Shown: piece by piece, positions 26,889 to 39,779 of the stretch
Position numbering within the stretch: position 1 is the first letter of the stretch
How the letters are laid out: each line of letters begins with the position of its first letter
Source: Octopus vulgaris
Lineage: Eukaryota
Length of the DNA stretch: 64,000 bases
Reading direction: 5' to 3'
NCBI GenBank assembly: GCA_951406725.2
Contig: OX597814.1
Location: 204,476,001-204,540,000, forward strand
Notes under the pieces: model-generated
The model's input: the letters and a program-made list of their open reading frames with translations, nothing else
What the model was told of the DNA's origin: nothing
Database searches by the model: none
Program-made: the position numbers and the translations under genes

Positions 26889-27150
26889 AACTGTGATGGA
26901 TACTTAATACTTTAAAATTCGAATAATTCGCACACACACACGCGCGCACGCACAGACACACATCTTTGAAGAAAAAAAATGAATAGAAATGTTTTTTCTG
27001 ATAGTTCTTCCACTTTAACAATTAGATGTTTATAAGATATTAGGTGTTTACGCCTAATTTATAAAAATCTAATTATTGAAGTGGGAAAATTATCAGAAAA
27101 GCCATTTCTATTTATTTTTGTCACATATATAATACTGTACCAAAGACTTT

Positions 27151-27226
<76 letters not shown>

Positions 27227-27339
27227 GCATACACATGCACACATGTCTAAAATATACGACATCCAAGAGAAAAATCAAGTGTCGTAGCTTTCTGACCAAG
27301 AAGATATTTGCGCGTGCGCAATACACACGCACATGCATA

Positions 27340-27532
27340 TACATACCTGCATACATACATACATACATACATACATACATACATACATACATACATACAA
27401 CATACATACATGCATACATTCATGCATACATGCATACATACATGCATACATGCATACATACATGCATACATGCATACATACATGCATATATGTATACATA
27501 CATACATACTATATGCTTACATACATACATGC

Positions 27533-27563
<31 letters not shown>

Positions 27564-27680
27564 CATACATACATACATACATACATACATACATAATACA
27601 TACATAAATACATACATACTATATGCTTACATACATACATACATAAATACATACATACTATATGCTTACATACATGCATG
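27340..27680. repeat. (CATA)n / (CATG)n compound microsatellite
   Basis: Seen directly. Confidence 0.95.
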
Positions 27681-27946
27681 CACGTATACTCATGCACACA
27701 CAATTGCACATAGACACACCCTCAAGGACTTGCACACACACACAAACACACACACATACACACATACACACACAGAGTCACAAACACACATACAAATGCT
27801 TATGCGCATTTACAAACGTTTTCTCACACACGGGTACAGACGTATTCAAATGCTCTGACGCAGGCACAAGCACACATATTCATAGAACTACTCACAAACA
27901 CATAAGTACACACTTACACACACACACACCTACACACGCACACACA

Positions 27947-27977
<31 letters not shown>

Positions 27978-29064
27978 GCGCATAAGCACATAGACGTTAT
28001 TTTAATTTTTATTATATTATACGTTCAACAAGTGAAACTTCCGCCCTCAGAGTCACATTTATAATGTAATATGAGTAAGTGCTTCAATGACTTCCACTGG
28101 ACAACAAAAAAGCCTCTCCTGCCAACATTCAGGCCGCCTCATACAGTTTGAAGCTTAACGCTATTCTTCATTTATTCCATCATTTTGGAGTTGAGAGAAC
28201 TTTATTCTTCAATTAAACAATTGGAAGATAAAAGAAAGAGAAAAATATATTAAAAAAGCGGTGCCAATATGAGAAAATAAACCGAAAAAGAATCGTCAAT
28301 TATAAGATGCAGAAATTTCAAAAGACAATGATTATCTAACGAAGAAAATTCTTCTAAGTTTTTGTAAATAATTTCAAAATACCAAAATCAAAAGGAATCT
28401 CTTCATTAACAGAATAAATGTCTTTATTGTTGTAAAGATCTCTATAGTGTCTCGGAATTGAACGCAAAGATATATTTGACATTTCTGAATGACAGGACTT
28501 CTATGTGGTGCTTTGAACAGCTAGAAATAGACATCAGATCTTCCAATGTAGTCCTGGATATACTATATCTGAGAATCAAGATGGGATGGTCACGACTGGG
28601 GAGTCTTTGACTATAGATTTGCTGGATCAAGGCTGACCAGGGGCTGGATAACAACGATTACAACTACTTTTAGTACTACGTCGATAATATTAGAGAAAAA
28701 CCAGGCGAAAGAAAGAAAGAAAGGACAGCAACCAAAACTTTGCGATTGTTTCTATTCAGTTGGACTTGAAGACGCCATTAGATTGGAATTTGTAAGTATC
28801 GATTTATGCCAAACAATTGATTTGATCTACACATAAAAACAGGCAGAGGAGAGGAGTAAAGAATGATATGATGAGAGAGAGAGAGAGAGAGAAAGGAAGA
28901 AAGGGAGAGCGAGAGAGGACGAGAGAGAGGTAGAGAAGGAGAGAGAAGAGAGAGCACCAGGCTGTATGGAGCTTTATCGATCTCGATAGGACGAAGAGCA
29001 AAGTTGGTTTCCGTGGGATTGTTTAGAAAATCGGAACAAATATATTCGGGGATGCTCTAATCAC

Positions 29065-29237
<173 letters not shown>

Positions 29238-29490
29238 CACATATACCACTACAGAAGTCGATCTATATTTATGATTTTTTAACAGGGCAAACAAAAAAAA
29301 CATCCAAAATATGATAAAAAAAAAAAAAAAGTCACTGGAGCAAGCAAAAACTGCTAAGGGAAGAATTTTGAAGATTTAAATCTAAACTAGGATGGAACAG
29401 AGTGTATTGGCAGCGACAATACACGAAGCTCTAAGCCCTTGAGTCACTTCATAACTTCTGCCGTTGATGTAATACACACAAGCGCGCGCG

Positions 29491-29523
<33 letters not shown>

Positions 29524-29815
29524 TCACTCATGTTTTGAGTTCTATTTTCCAGTTTCTGTTACCAAACCTCTCTTTCTGTGTCTGTGTGTATATATATATA
29601 TATATATCTTTTTTACTCTTTTTACTTGTTTCAGTCATTTGACTGCGGCCATGCTGGAGCACCGCCTTTAGTCGAGCAAATCGACCCCGGGACTTATTCT
29701 TTGTAAGCCCAGTACTTATTCTATCGGTCTCTTTTGCCGAACCGCTAAGTGACGGGGACGTAAACACACCAGCATCAGTTGTGAAGCAATGCTATGGGGA
29801 CAAACACAGACACAT

Positions 29816-29846
<31 letters not shown>

Positions 29847-30005
29847 CATATATACGACGGGCTTCTTTCAGTTTCCGTCTACCAAATCCACTCACAAGGC
29901 ATTGGTCGGCCCGGGGCTATAGTAGAAGACACTTACCCAAGATGCCACGCAGTGGGACTGAACCCGGAACCATGTGGTTCGTAAGCAAGCTACTTACCAC
30001 ACAGC

Positions 30006-30126
<121 letters not shown>

Positions 30127-30249
30127 ATTTTTTTCATGCAACAAAAACATTAACAATATTCTACAGAAACATTTTAAAAGGATTATTCTGGAGCATATTC
30201 ACCATCTACTTCAATTTCTGCTTGGTGCTTTGCTGAATAAAATTTATTG

Positions 30250-30283
30250 GAAAAAACCGCAATAATTATGCACCAACCTAATA
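30250..30283. mobile_element. Mariner-type terminal inverted repeat remnant
   Basis: gaaaaaaccgcaataattatgcaccaacctaata is the reverse complement of TATTAGGTTGGTGCA..., the classic mariner/MADE end. Confidence 0.65.
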
Positions 30284-30286
30284 CAC

Positions 30287-30321
<35 letters not shown>

Positions 30322-31085
30322 CACAGGCACGCACACACACACAGGCACACACGCGGACACACACGCACCAGCAGACACGAACGCACTCACGCAAACACAC
30401 ACACGCACACACACGCATACACACGCAAACACACATACGCACATACATACACACACATATACACACATATGCAGAAAGACGCATGAACACACACGAACAC
30501 ACACATGCACACAGAAACACACGTATACACACGCAAACACAGACACATACAAACACACATACACACAAGCACAAACACACGCACAAGCACAAACACACGC
30601 ACACACATACACACGCATCCACACAAACCACACACGTACACACAAACACACACACACACACACACATACACAAGTACACACACATACACATGCACACACA
30701 CGCAAACATACACACGCAGACACACACACACACACACACACACGTACGAGCACACACACGTACGAGCACACACACGAACACTCATGCGGACACATACACA
30801 CGCATACACACACAAACACACACATACAAACACACGCATACACGTACATACACACGCATACACACACATACAAACACACGCAAACACACACACACACACA
30901 GAAACACACGCACGAATACGCACACACACATACATACACGCACGCGCACACACACATACACACGCACACACGCGCACTTACACACACGAAAACACACACA
31001 CACACACGCACACACACATACGCATGCACACACAAACACGCACACACATGCGCACAAAACGCACGCGCGCACGCACGCACACACG

Positions 31086-31140
<55 letters not shown>
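30283..31140. repeat. Degenerate (CA)n tract of about 860 bp
   Basis: Seen directly. It is the source of the spurious long His/Thr and Cys/Val ORFs. Confidence 0.95.
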
Positions 31141-31141
<1 letters not shown>

Positions 31142-31275
31142 AATATATTATTGCAGCTTCCGTCTTTTATGAGTTTTAAATTAAGAAACTTGTGTTTTAT
31201 ACAAAAGGGTTTTGTTTTTGTTGTTGAAATCAGGAGATTTCGTTTCCGTTTATGCCAAACTTTGGTTTAGGTTTA

Positions 31276-31645
31276 TCTCTCTCTATATAAACAGCAGTTT
31301 GTCTGTGTGTGTTTCTGTGTGTCTGTTTGCTTGTACCCTCACCCTGACCACGGCTTTCAACCGATTCTGATGAAACTTGACACACACATAGCCCAATGTC
31401 ATAATTCAAAACTAACGCAGCGAAAATTTTGAAAAGTTCCCCCAGTTCTGAAAAAAATCGATAAATTCGACATGGGGTCGAGAATCAGAAACACAAACCA
31501 CAGACTATCTAGGGGACGCAACTCGACCTTTTTAACTAAAAAAATTTTACCATCATTTTTTCCCCATTTTTTGGCTAAAACTCTCTAAAAATGCTTTATA
31601 GTTATTTCCCTTACAAACCCGAGCAACGCCGGGCGATACTGCTAG
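31276..31645 (+). mobile_element. Non-autonomous Helitron
   Basis: A|TC start, a (TG/TCTG) tract, a 3' hairpin CCCGAGCAACGCCGGG and a terminal CTAG|T. The 3' end is shared with 53728-53790. Confidence 0.75.
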
Positions 31646-31967
31646 TGTTAGGATAAAAGGAAATGACCCCTTTCGGTCATGAACGACCGTTGGATTGTAC
31701 AAGTCTGGGCAAGTTTTTTTTATGGAAGACCAGCAGCCGCCCCATGCATAATACCACCCTTCCCTTTCCACGCCACCAATGTTACCCAAGGGAAGGGCAA
31801 AGGCCGACACAGCTTGGCACTAGTGACGACTCATTTCTACAGCTAAGTGAACTGGTGTAACGTGGAATAAAGTGTCTTGGTCGAGAACACAACACACAAT
31901 CCGGTTCTGGAATCGAACTCACTACATCATGATTGCGAGCCCGATGCTTTAACCACTGAGCCATAGA

Positions 31968-32081
<114 letters not shown>

Positions 32082-32177
32082 TCAATATAGGGTGGCAAAA
32101 AATTTCGTAGAATTCTTTTGCCACCAGCGGCCTAGTGGGAAAAAATTAAATAGTCATAGACCATTTATAAATTCAAC

Positions 32178-32351
32178 AGCAAAATCAAGGAACGGCCATA
32201 ATAGGCCATTCACCCACTAGAAATAACAGCCAAAGTAAATGTTTTTTTAATTTTCTCCTGGTTTGCGGAATTAATGTTGTTTTGCGGTTGAAGCCTTGGC
32301 TGTTATTTCTAGTGGGTGAATGGCTTATTATGGCCGTTCCTTGATTTTGCT
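32178..32351. mobile_element. MITE-like element with terminal inverted repeats of about 56 bp
   Basis: agcaaaatcaaggaacggccataataggccattcacccactagaaataacagccaa is mirrored at 32297-32351 with one mismatch. Confidence 0.75.
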
Positions 32352-32359
32352 ATATATAT

Positions 32360-32714
32360 ATCAGGGTGGTGATTATACCACTTGTCGGCAGTTTTGATAT
32401 TGTAATGCCGACTTATTAGCCAGTGGAGATATTGGCCAACTCTGTCATGTCTTAATTTATACTCCACTGGTGCTAAGACTTTACATCCAGAGATTAGGTG
32501 GTCCACTGTTTCAATCATGTCGTTGCAGAATCGGCATTTTGGGTCTGCTCCATTTTTCATCACATTGGCTTGGTAGTTCCGGGTTGATAGGCTTTGGTCT
32601 TGAGCAGCCAGGATGAAACCTTCGCTCTCTGCTTTTAGCCCTGAGCTCCGCAGCCACTGATGGGTTTGCTTCTGGTCAACATCAGCTTGTTTGCTGCGGG
32701 TCACATATTTGCCG

Positions 32715-32716
<2 letters not shown>
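32360..32716 (-). mobile_element. R4/Dong-type retrotransposon fragment
   Basis: WLRSSGLKAESEGFILAAQDQ..CRFCNDMIETVDHLISGC..YKLRHD. Abuts an (ATT)n tract. Confidence 0.85.
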
Positions 32717-32789
<73 letters not shown>

Positions 32790-33034
32790 ATATTATTATT
32801 TTTATTCTATGTTTGACTTTTGCTTTATATTTGAACAAGGCTCCAAGTCTCACCCAGAGACCTCAAGAGACAACAGGTTGGAAGTTCACGTTGTTGTTAT
32901 GCCTAGTGTGCCATATATTTAGTTGTTTTTTTTGGGTGAATGTCAAAAAAGAAATTATGTTTGTTTTAAACCTTGAAATTACATAGAGAGTATTTTGCGT
33001 AGGATATGAGCATATTATTATATATAACATTGAT

Positions 33035-33390
33035 TAAAGAACAAATATCAAAATTCGACTCAACGACTTTATATAACACCATGCTTCCATACATTTGATC
33101 ATATATAAATTATATAAATATTACCATGGCCTTTAACATATAAAGAAAACATAAAAAACACAAGGTAAATACATATATATATATATACAAATAAAAATAC
33201 AAATATCTAGAAGGTGTAGGCCGTTCTATATATTTGTATTTTTATTTGCATATATATTGTTCACCTTCTGTATTTTTTATATATGTATTCTTTATATGTT
33301 AAAGGCCATGGTAATGTTTATATATGGTCAAATGTATGGAAGCGTGTTGTTATATAAAATCGTTGACTCGAATTTGATTTTTGTTCTTTA
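33035..33390. repeat. AT-rich palindrome of about 355 bp
   Basis: ttaccatggcctttaacatataaagaa / ttctttatatgttaaaggccatggtaa and their flanks are mirrored about 33218. Confidence 0.85.
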
Positions 33391-34008
33391 TATATGTATT
33401 CCTGTGTCAGTGATCAGGTCGCAGTTTGTGCGACGTAAATTTTGACATTAAATAATATATATTGCAGTGAAGTTAACACATTTTGTGCGTTTTTGAATGC
33501 CTGATATGTGTCTTCCATGCTGTTAAATTTATTTAACACCCCATCGAAATGACCATCAAAAAAATAAATTATTACTGGAAAATCGAAAAAGAAATATTTT
33601 GCGTTTAGTAGATCCAAGAAAGATTAAACAGACCCTAAAACAGAAAACTAATGATTTGTAATATAATATCAGGGTTTAATTTTTGCTAATTATTTTATAT
33701 TTAAGTATTGTCGAGCATTGAAAGAGCTACAAGTCTATGAACTAAACAGTGTACGTGTAATGATTGCATGCTCTAACATATAATTTAAAAAGCAATAATA
33801 GTTACATATTTTCTTTTAAAGGTTTTCAGACAGGGTGAATTAGTGGCCATCTGCGTAGCTTCATTGAATTTTTAATCAATTTCTATTTCGGATTGGTTAC
33901 CTTTGTCTTTGAGAAAAATTATGACGAGTAATTAAAGACTGAATTTTATTTAAATATATTTTGTATGACCTACCACATTGCATATGTTTGCCTTCATTAA
34001 AAATTCTT

Positions 34009-34379
34009 ATTACCTCCGCCTTAGCGAAGGCGGAGGTATTGTTTTCAGTTGTGTTTGTTAGTCCGTAGACAAGATATCTGAAGAACCGCTGGATGGATTC
34101 GAATGAAACTTTCAGAGATGTTTGGCCTCGTGATTGGCCCGAACTGATTAAATTTTGGGATCGATCCGGTACCGGACAAGGATTCTGGATTATTCTTTCT
34201 GTTTTTTTTTCTTTACTTAATTTTTGATAGCAGTCTGGTTCATTTTTAGTATTCTCGTTTGTGAGAGCAGTCGAGTTTATTTCAGATATTCTCATTTTAA
34301 CAATCATCTATGGCTAATCGTTGAGAGGAGGTTGGTGTTATCTTGGCGGAGGTCTGCACTCTCTGAGTGCTCTTGTGTT
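34009..34379 (+). mobile_element. Helentron-associated non-autonomous element (HINE/DINE-1-like)
   Basis: Subterminal inverted repeats ACCTCCGCC (34012) and GGCGGAGGT (34029, 34345), plus a 3' hairpin GCACTC-TCT-GAGTGC. Confidence 0.65.
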
Positions 34380-35063
34380 AGAATTTGTCATACAAAAATT
34401 GTAAGTTTGCTCCAATATGTGTTCGAGATTTTTAATAGCTTCCTTATCCTGCCAAGAGCCGCATGGTACAACAATTATTTTATGAAACTACTTATAGAGT
34501 TCATCGTATAAACCATATTCCCAGAAGAAATATATTTAAGCATTTCATACAGCTGCAGTGGAACTGTGTCAGTTTGTACGAAGAAAAATAATAAATGTTT
34601 AAGTGCAGTTAACAGTTTTTGTCTTTGAATGGATGGTATGTAGTGATTTCAACACTGTAATTGTTTCACTCTATGGTCTCAGAGAAATCATTTGCCAAGC
34701 AGATACATCTCTGAAATACATTTTATTCTCCTCCCACGAAATATATATCCGAACACCCTCTTCAGATCTTAAAGAATAAAGTTTGCTAAATTTTAAAATC
34801 CTTAACTTATAGGCGCCATTTTGTTTGTGTTGTTCGCTTCTTTTATTGCTTAATACATGCAGCTAGATTCCCATCGGCAAGATGAAAAGGTCTGATATTG
34901 GGCATTAAAAAAATATATATATACATAAAATCGTTTCTTTCCAAGCAGGAATTACCATTTTTTAAATTCCACATCGGTCCTATCGGATTTCTATAAATAG
35001 ATTTGATTAGATTTATATTAGTGAAAATAGTTGACAAAATAAACCTGAAGTAAATTGTGGGAG

Positions 35064-35145
<82 letters not shown>

Positions 35146-35312
35146 GTGGGGAAAGACAGAGAGAGAGTGAAGGAGAGAGAGATGAATTATTAATTTATGA
35201 AGAAAATAAAGGAAGAAAAAAATTAAGAAAAACGATGAGTCAAACGATAAGAGGTTGGAAGGTCAAAGATTTGAAGAACAGTAATTATAAATAAAGCGAA
35301 ATCTGTGAAGGG

Positions 35313-35344
<32 letters not shown>

Positions 35345-35734
35345 AAGAGAGAGAGAGAAAGAGAGAGAGAGAAATGGAGAGGCAAGGAGAGTGATGACTG
35401 TTTATATACATAATTAAGAGTGTGAGTTGGGGTAGTTTGCAGAAATAAATTTCTGAAAAAAAAAACCCCCACAAAAAGCAGAAATAATAGTAACGTAATG
35501 AATCGCAAGAGAATTTTGCATGACAAATTAAAGTGAAAATCGCCATAACATATCGAGAAAATTTATAGAAAAGCAACTTACAATCAAAAATGTATATTGT
35601 TGAATGAAAATTACTTCTTTGACCAATTTTCTTTTAAACCTTCATATATATAAATATTTATTTATTTTTTTAGGGACCTTGCCATTTTATTGGAGCTGGT
35701 TTTGGAAATATCCCGGATTTTTATTTTTAAAAAA

Positions 35735-36068
35735 ATGTCTCACTCACTAACAACTGCTCAAAATACTTTTCTTTTTATCGCGATCACTAATTTGATATTT
35801 GGATTATTTTGGACGACTGTAACTTCGCAGAGTAACACAAAGCAAAATTTCTGTAAACATACTTATGTGCATGAGATGGAAACGAAGTGCTCTTCTTGTG
35901 ACACAGAACTTCTTGAAACATGTGGAGAATATCAACTTATACCATCTTCGAAACAGACATGCCGTTACTTTGATTCTGGAACTGAATTACAAGGCTGCCT
36001 ATGGTCGTGCAAACGTAATGTTACCAGACGTGTGTGTTGTCCTGGATTTTGGGGAGACAGCTGCTTAG
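35735..36068 (+). CDS. Stabilin-like (STAB1/STAB2 family) receptor, first coding exon: signal peptide plus Cys-rich N-terminal EMI-like domain
   Basis: A T-rich acceptor ends in AG at 35672-35673, the ATG is at 35735, and a hydrophobic leader follows (FLFIAITNLIFGLFWTTVTS). Next comes C..TKCSSC..C..TCRY..LQGCLWSCKRNVTRRVCCPGFWGDSCL, matching stabilin TECRSC..DCRY..LPGCRHIC..PRCCPGRWGPDCI (recalled). Phase-1 donor G|GTGAGT at 36069. Confidence 0.85.
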
Positions 36069-36187
36069 GTGAGTCCATATATATATATTTATAAAATTAG
36101 AAAAAAACACCTTTTATCAATTCAAGTTTGGATTAATATTCCCTCAAATAATAATAATAATAATTATTATTATTATATATATATATA

Positions 36188-36234
<47 letters not shown>

Positions 36235-36924
36235 ATATATCTGTTTACTTCTGTGTTCCTTTCTGTCGAAGAGCGTAGGCTCGAAACGTAAAAAACTTCT
36301 TCACTTCCCGAGCGTTAAACTGATACATGTTTGTTGTTTACACACCTGTCTTTGTCTTTTGTTTTGTTTTTTTTGTAAATTCTCACTACATATAAATATA
36401 TATAATTGTTCATTTTATGCGTGTGTTTAACATAGGGATTAGCTAAGGTGGTTAGCTGGCAGAATCGTTAGCAAGCCGTGCAAAATACATAACCACATTT
36501 CCGATTTAATGTTCTGAATTCAAATATCACCGGGGTCGCCTTTTTCCTTTCATTCCTTTTGGAGTGGATAAAATAAACACTAGTTGTGTACAGGGATCGA
36601 TGTGATCGACTTCCCACGACCCCTAAACTGTTGGCCTTGTGCCAAATTTTGAAACCAATATATAGATTTACTAGCATAATAATTTTTGATTTAGGCACAA
36701 AGCCAGCAATTTTGATGGGGTGGTGGAGAGTAGTCGAGACGATCGATTCCAGTACGAAACTAGAATTTTACTTTATTGACTCTGGCGGGATGAAATGCAA
36801 AGTTAACTTTAGCTGGATTTGAACTCAGAATGTAAAGAAGTTGAATCCGAATACTGGAGAACATTTTGCCTGGCGCTCCGATTCTGTCAGTCGACCACCC
36901 CAACCATGATGATGATGATGATGA

Positions 36925-36993
<69 letters not shown>

Positions 36994-36997
<4 letters not shown>

Positions 36998-37482
36998 TAG
37001 TTTTATTTTTATAGCGTGCTTTCATTTCACTACCGAGCGCAGCTCTGTCTGCCTTAGGTATGTGCTGTGATTTGTTGTGATGCTCTAATGGTTATTGTAT
37101 GGAAAGTGTTCTGCGTAGGATGTGTGCAGTGTGCAATAGTGCAATTTTCTGTATGTTATATGTGTTTGTAAGTCCTGGTGTTTTTGTTATGTATTTGTCT
37201 GAATATTTTTTTATCATGCCTAATGCACCTACTATGATAGGAATTGTTTCTGTTTTTAGATTCCACATTCTGGTTACCTCTATTTCCAGGTCTTTGTATT
37301 TTGAAAGTTTCTCCATTTCTTTTAGAGATACGTTGTCATCTGCCGGTATTGATACATCAATTAGAAAGCATTTTTTTCCTTCATGATCTCTGACAACTAT
37401 ATCTGGTCTGTTAGCCTTAATTTCTCTATCTGTGTGTATCGGCATATCCCAGAGTATGGTTGCTTTCTCGTTTTCTGTAACC

Positions 37483-37484
<2 letters not shown>
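36994..37484 (-). mobile_element. R4/Dong-type retrotransposon 3' end (RLE domain and 3' UTR) between (ATT)n tracts
   Basis: IHTDREIKANRPDIVVRD..CFLIDVSIPADDNVSLKEMEKLSKYKDLEIEV..PIIVGALG. Confidence 0.88.
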
Positions 37485-37578
<94 letters not shown>

Positions 37579-37889
37579 GGCGGTGAGCTGGCAGAATCGT
37601 TAGCACGCCAAGCAAAATGCTTAGCGGCATTTCGTCCGCCTTTACGTTCTGAGTTCAAATTCCGCCGAGGTCAACTTTGCCTTCCATCCTTTCAGGGTCG
37701 ATAAAATAAATACCAGTTGAGTACTGGGTCGATGCAATCGACTTACCCCCCTTCCCGAAATTACTGGCCTTGTGCCAAAATTTGAAATCATCATCATCAT
37801 CATAATCATCATCATTAATTGATGAAAACTCTCAGCTTATTTTGCTGGGTATGATGGAAAGTGTCAGTCGTACACAGCCCGCAGACTAA

Positions 37890-39330
37890 TTTGACACTTG
37901 TTTACTGGTCCTGCTTCAAGGACCCTAGGAGGAATTTTTGTAGCTCCGAGTAATGCTGATTTTTGTAGGTGTTCTATCTATACATTTGTACCAATCTTTT
38001 TGGGCCATGTTGGTAGTTGAGCGCTGATACTTCCAAGTGCGCCAGTTAGTACTGGTGTCACTTCTGCTCTCCTCATTGACCACAACTTTCGTATTTCCCA
38101 CTTCAAATCGTCGTAGTTGTTCAGTTTGTCCTCTTCTTTCTCTTTGACACTGTTGTCACATAGACACGCTATGTCGATTATCATGCAAGTTCTTTCTTTT
38201 TTATTCACCACAACAATGTCCGATTTGCGATGTCTGGTCAGGTGGTCGCACTGAATCATTCTAGCCAACAGGATTTTGCAATTTTCATTCTCGATGGTTT
38301 CTTCTAGGGTTTTTTCACGTCTTTGCTCTTTGTAGGCCGTAATTTCCACTGAGTTCCTAATGGATAATTTTTGTCACGTGGTGTAATGGCCCAGTGGTTA
38401 GGGCAGCAGACTCGCGGTCGTAGGATCGCAGTTTCAATTCCCAGACCGGGCGTTGTGAGTGTTTATTGAGCGAAAAAAACCTAAAGCTCCACGAGGCTCC
38501 GGTAGGGGGTGGTGGCGATCCCTGCTGTACTCTTTCGCCGCAACTTTCTCTCACTCTTTCTTTTGTTGGCCTGCTCACTTAGCCAGCGGGGTGGCGTCAT
38601 TTGGAGGCTATAACAATGCGAGGCGCATTGTGACCAGCGATGTGTAGCAACATCTCATAAGCCTGGTCGGTCACGTGATCACGTGAATTCTTGTCACATT
38701 GTCATATCATCTTTTGTATTCACGTTGTGCCAATTTCGTGCTTTCGCTAACGATGTACCATACCGTTTCACCCCTCTCACCACACATTCTGCATTTGTCG
38801 CTGTCGGTAGTGTTATCGATTTTGCACTTCACATAGTTAGTCCTTAATGCTTGTTCTTGTGCTGTGCATATAAATGCTTCTGCTTCTATCATTAGGTCAC
38901 TCCTCCTCATCCATAGCCACCGGTCTTCTGGCGTTCGTATGCCTTGCAAACTGACCGTACATTTTTCTCCTTCCATGCTGTTACTTTCTTTGTGTTCTTT
39001 TCCTCTTTAAGATTTTCTTTCTTTACACAGTTGTCTTGATGACGCCGGACTTCTTCGCATGTTTCAACAATGGTTCCACGCTATTTTTTACATACCACCC
39101 AAATGTATTTTCCTCTGCATCGATACAACCCTGCAAATTGATCAAATCTCTCTCACCCTTTCTTTTGGACAATTACAGCCTATCGGTGTCACTTTTAGGG
39201 TGGACGGCTCCACACACTGTCAATATTTTTCTTGTTTTCGTATCTATGTCCGTCAGTTCTTTCTTTTGTCAGTTTATGAATCCAGCTCCATACTGAAGTG
39301 ATGCTATTGCCCATGTATTAACTGCTTGGA
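37890..39330 (-). mobile_element. R4/Dong-type retrotransposon fragment interrupted by a SINE
   Basis: IQAVNTWAIASLQYGAG, AQEQALRTNY..CRMCGERGETV, and HRKSDIVVVNKKERTCMIIDIA. Confidence 0.85.
38378..38685 (+). mobile_element. tRNA-derived SINE family D with a 12-bp target-site duplication; truncated copy at about 59110-59265
   Basis: TGGCCCAGTGGTTAGGGCAGC..GTTTCAATTCC head. TSD AATTTTTGTCAC (38366-38377) / AATTCTTGTCAC (38686-38697). Inserted into an R4/Dong fragment. Confidence 0.85.
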
Positions 39331-39407
39331 TCTTCTTCTTCTTCTTCTTCTTCTTCTTCTTCTTCTTCTTCTTCTTCTTCTTCTTCTTCTTCTTCTTCTT
39401 CTTCTTC

Positions 39408-39455
<48 letters not shown>

Positions 39456-39779
39456 GTTGTTTAACGTCCATTTTCTATGCTGTATCTGTATTGTCCCCCC
39501 TCAATCTTCGCACTTGTGGCAAATAAATGAAATCATTATAATTATTATTATTACTGAGCAGAATCGTTAGCGCACGCCGGGCAAAATACTTAACAGAATT
39601 TTGTGTGTTTGTGGGCGAGCGAGTTGTTGTTGTTGTTGTTGTTGTTGTTCTTCGTCTTGTTCTTCTTCTTCTTCTTCTTCTTCTTCTTCTTCTTCTTCTT
39701 CTTCTTCTTCTTCTTCTTCTTCTTCTTCTTCTTCTTCTTCTTCTTCTTCTTCTTCTTCTTCTTCTTCACCACTCAGGTT

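Noticed and set aside
30244-31172. Long Cys/Val- and His/Thr-rich ORFs; similar ones at 27235-27985 and 56793-57295
   Set aside because: These are stop-free frames in dinucleotide and tetranucleotide repeats.
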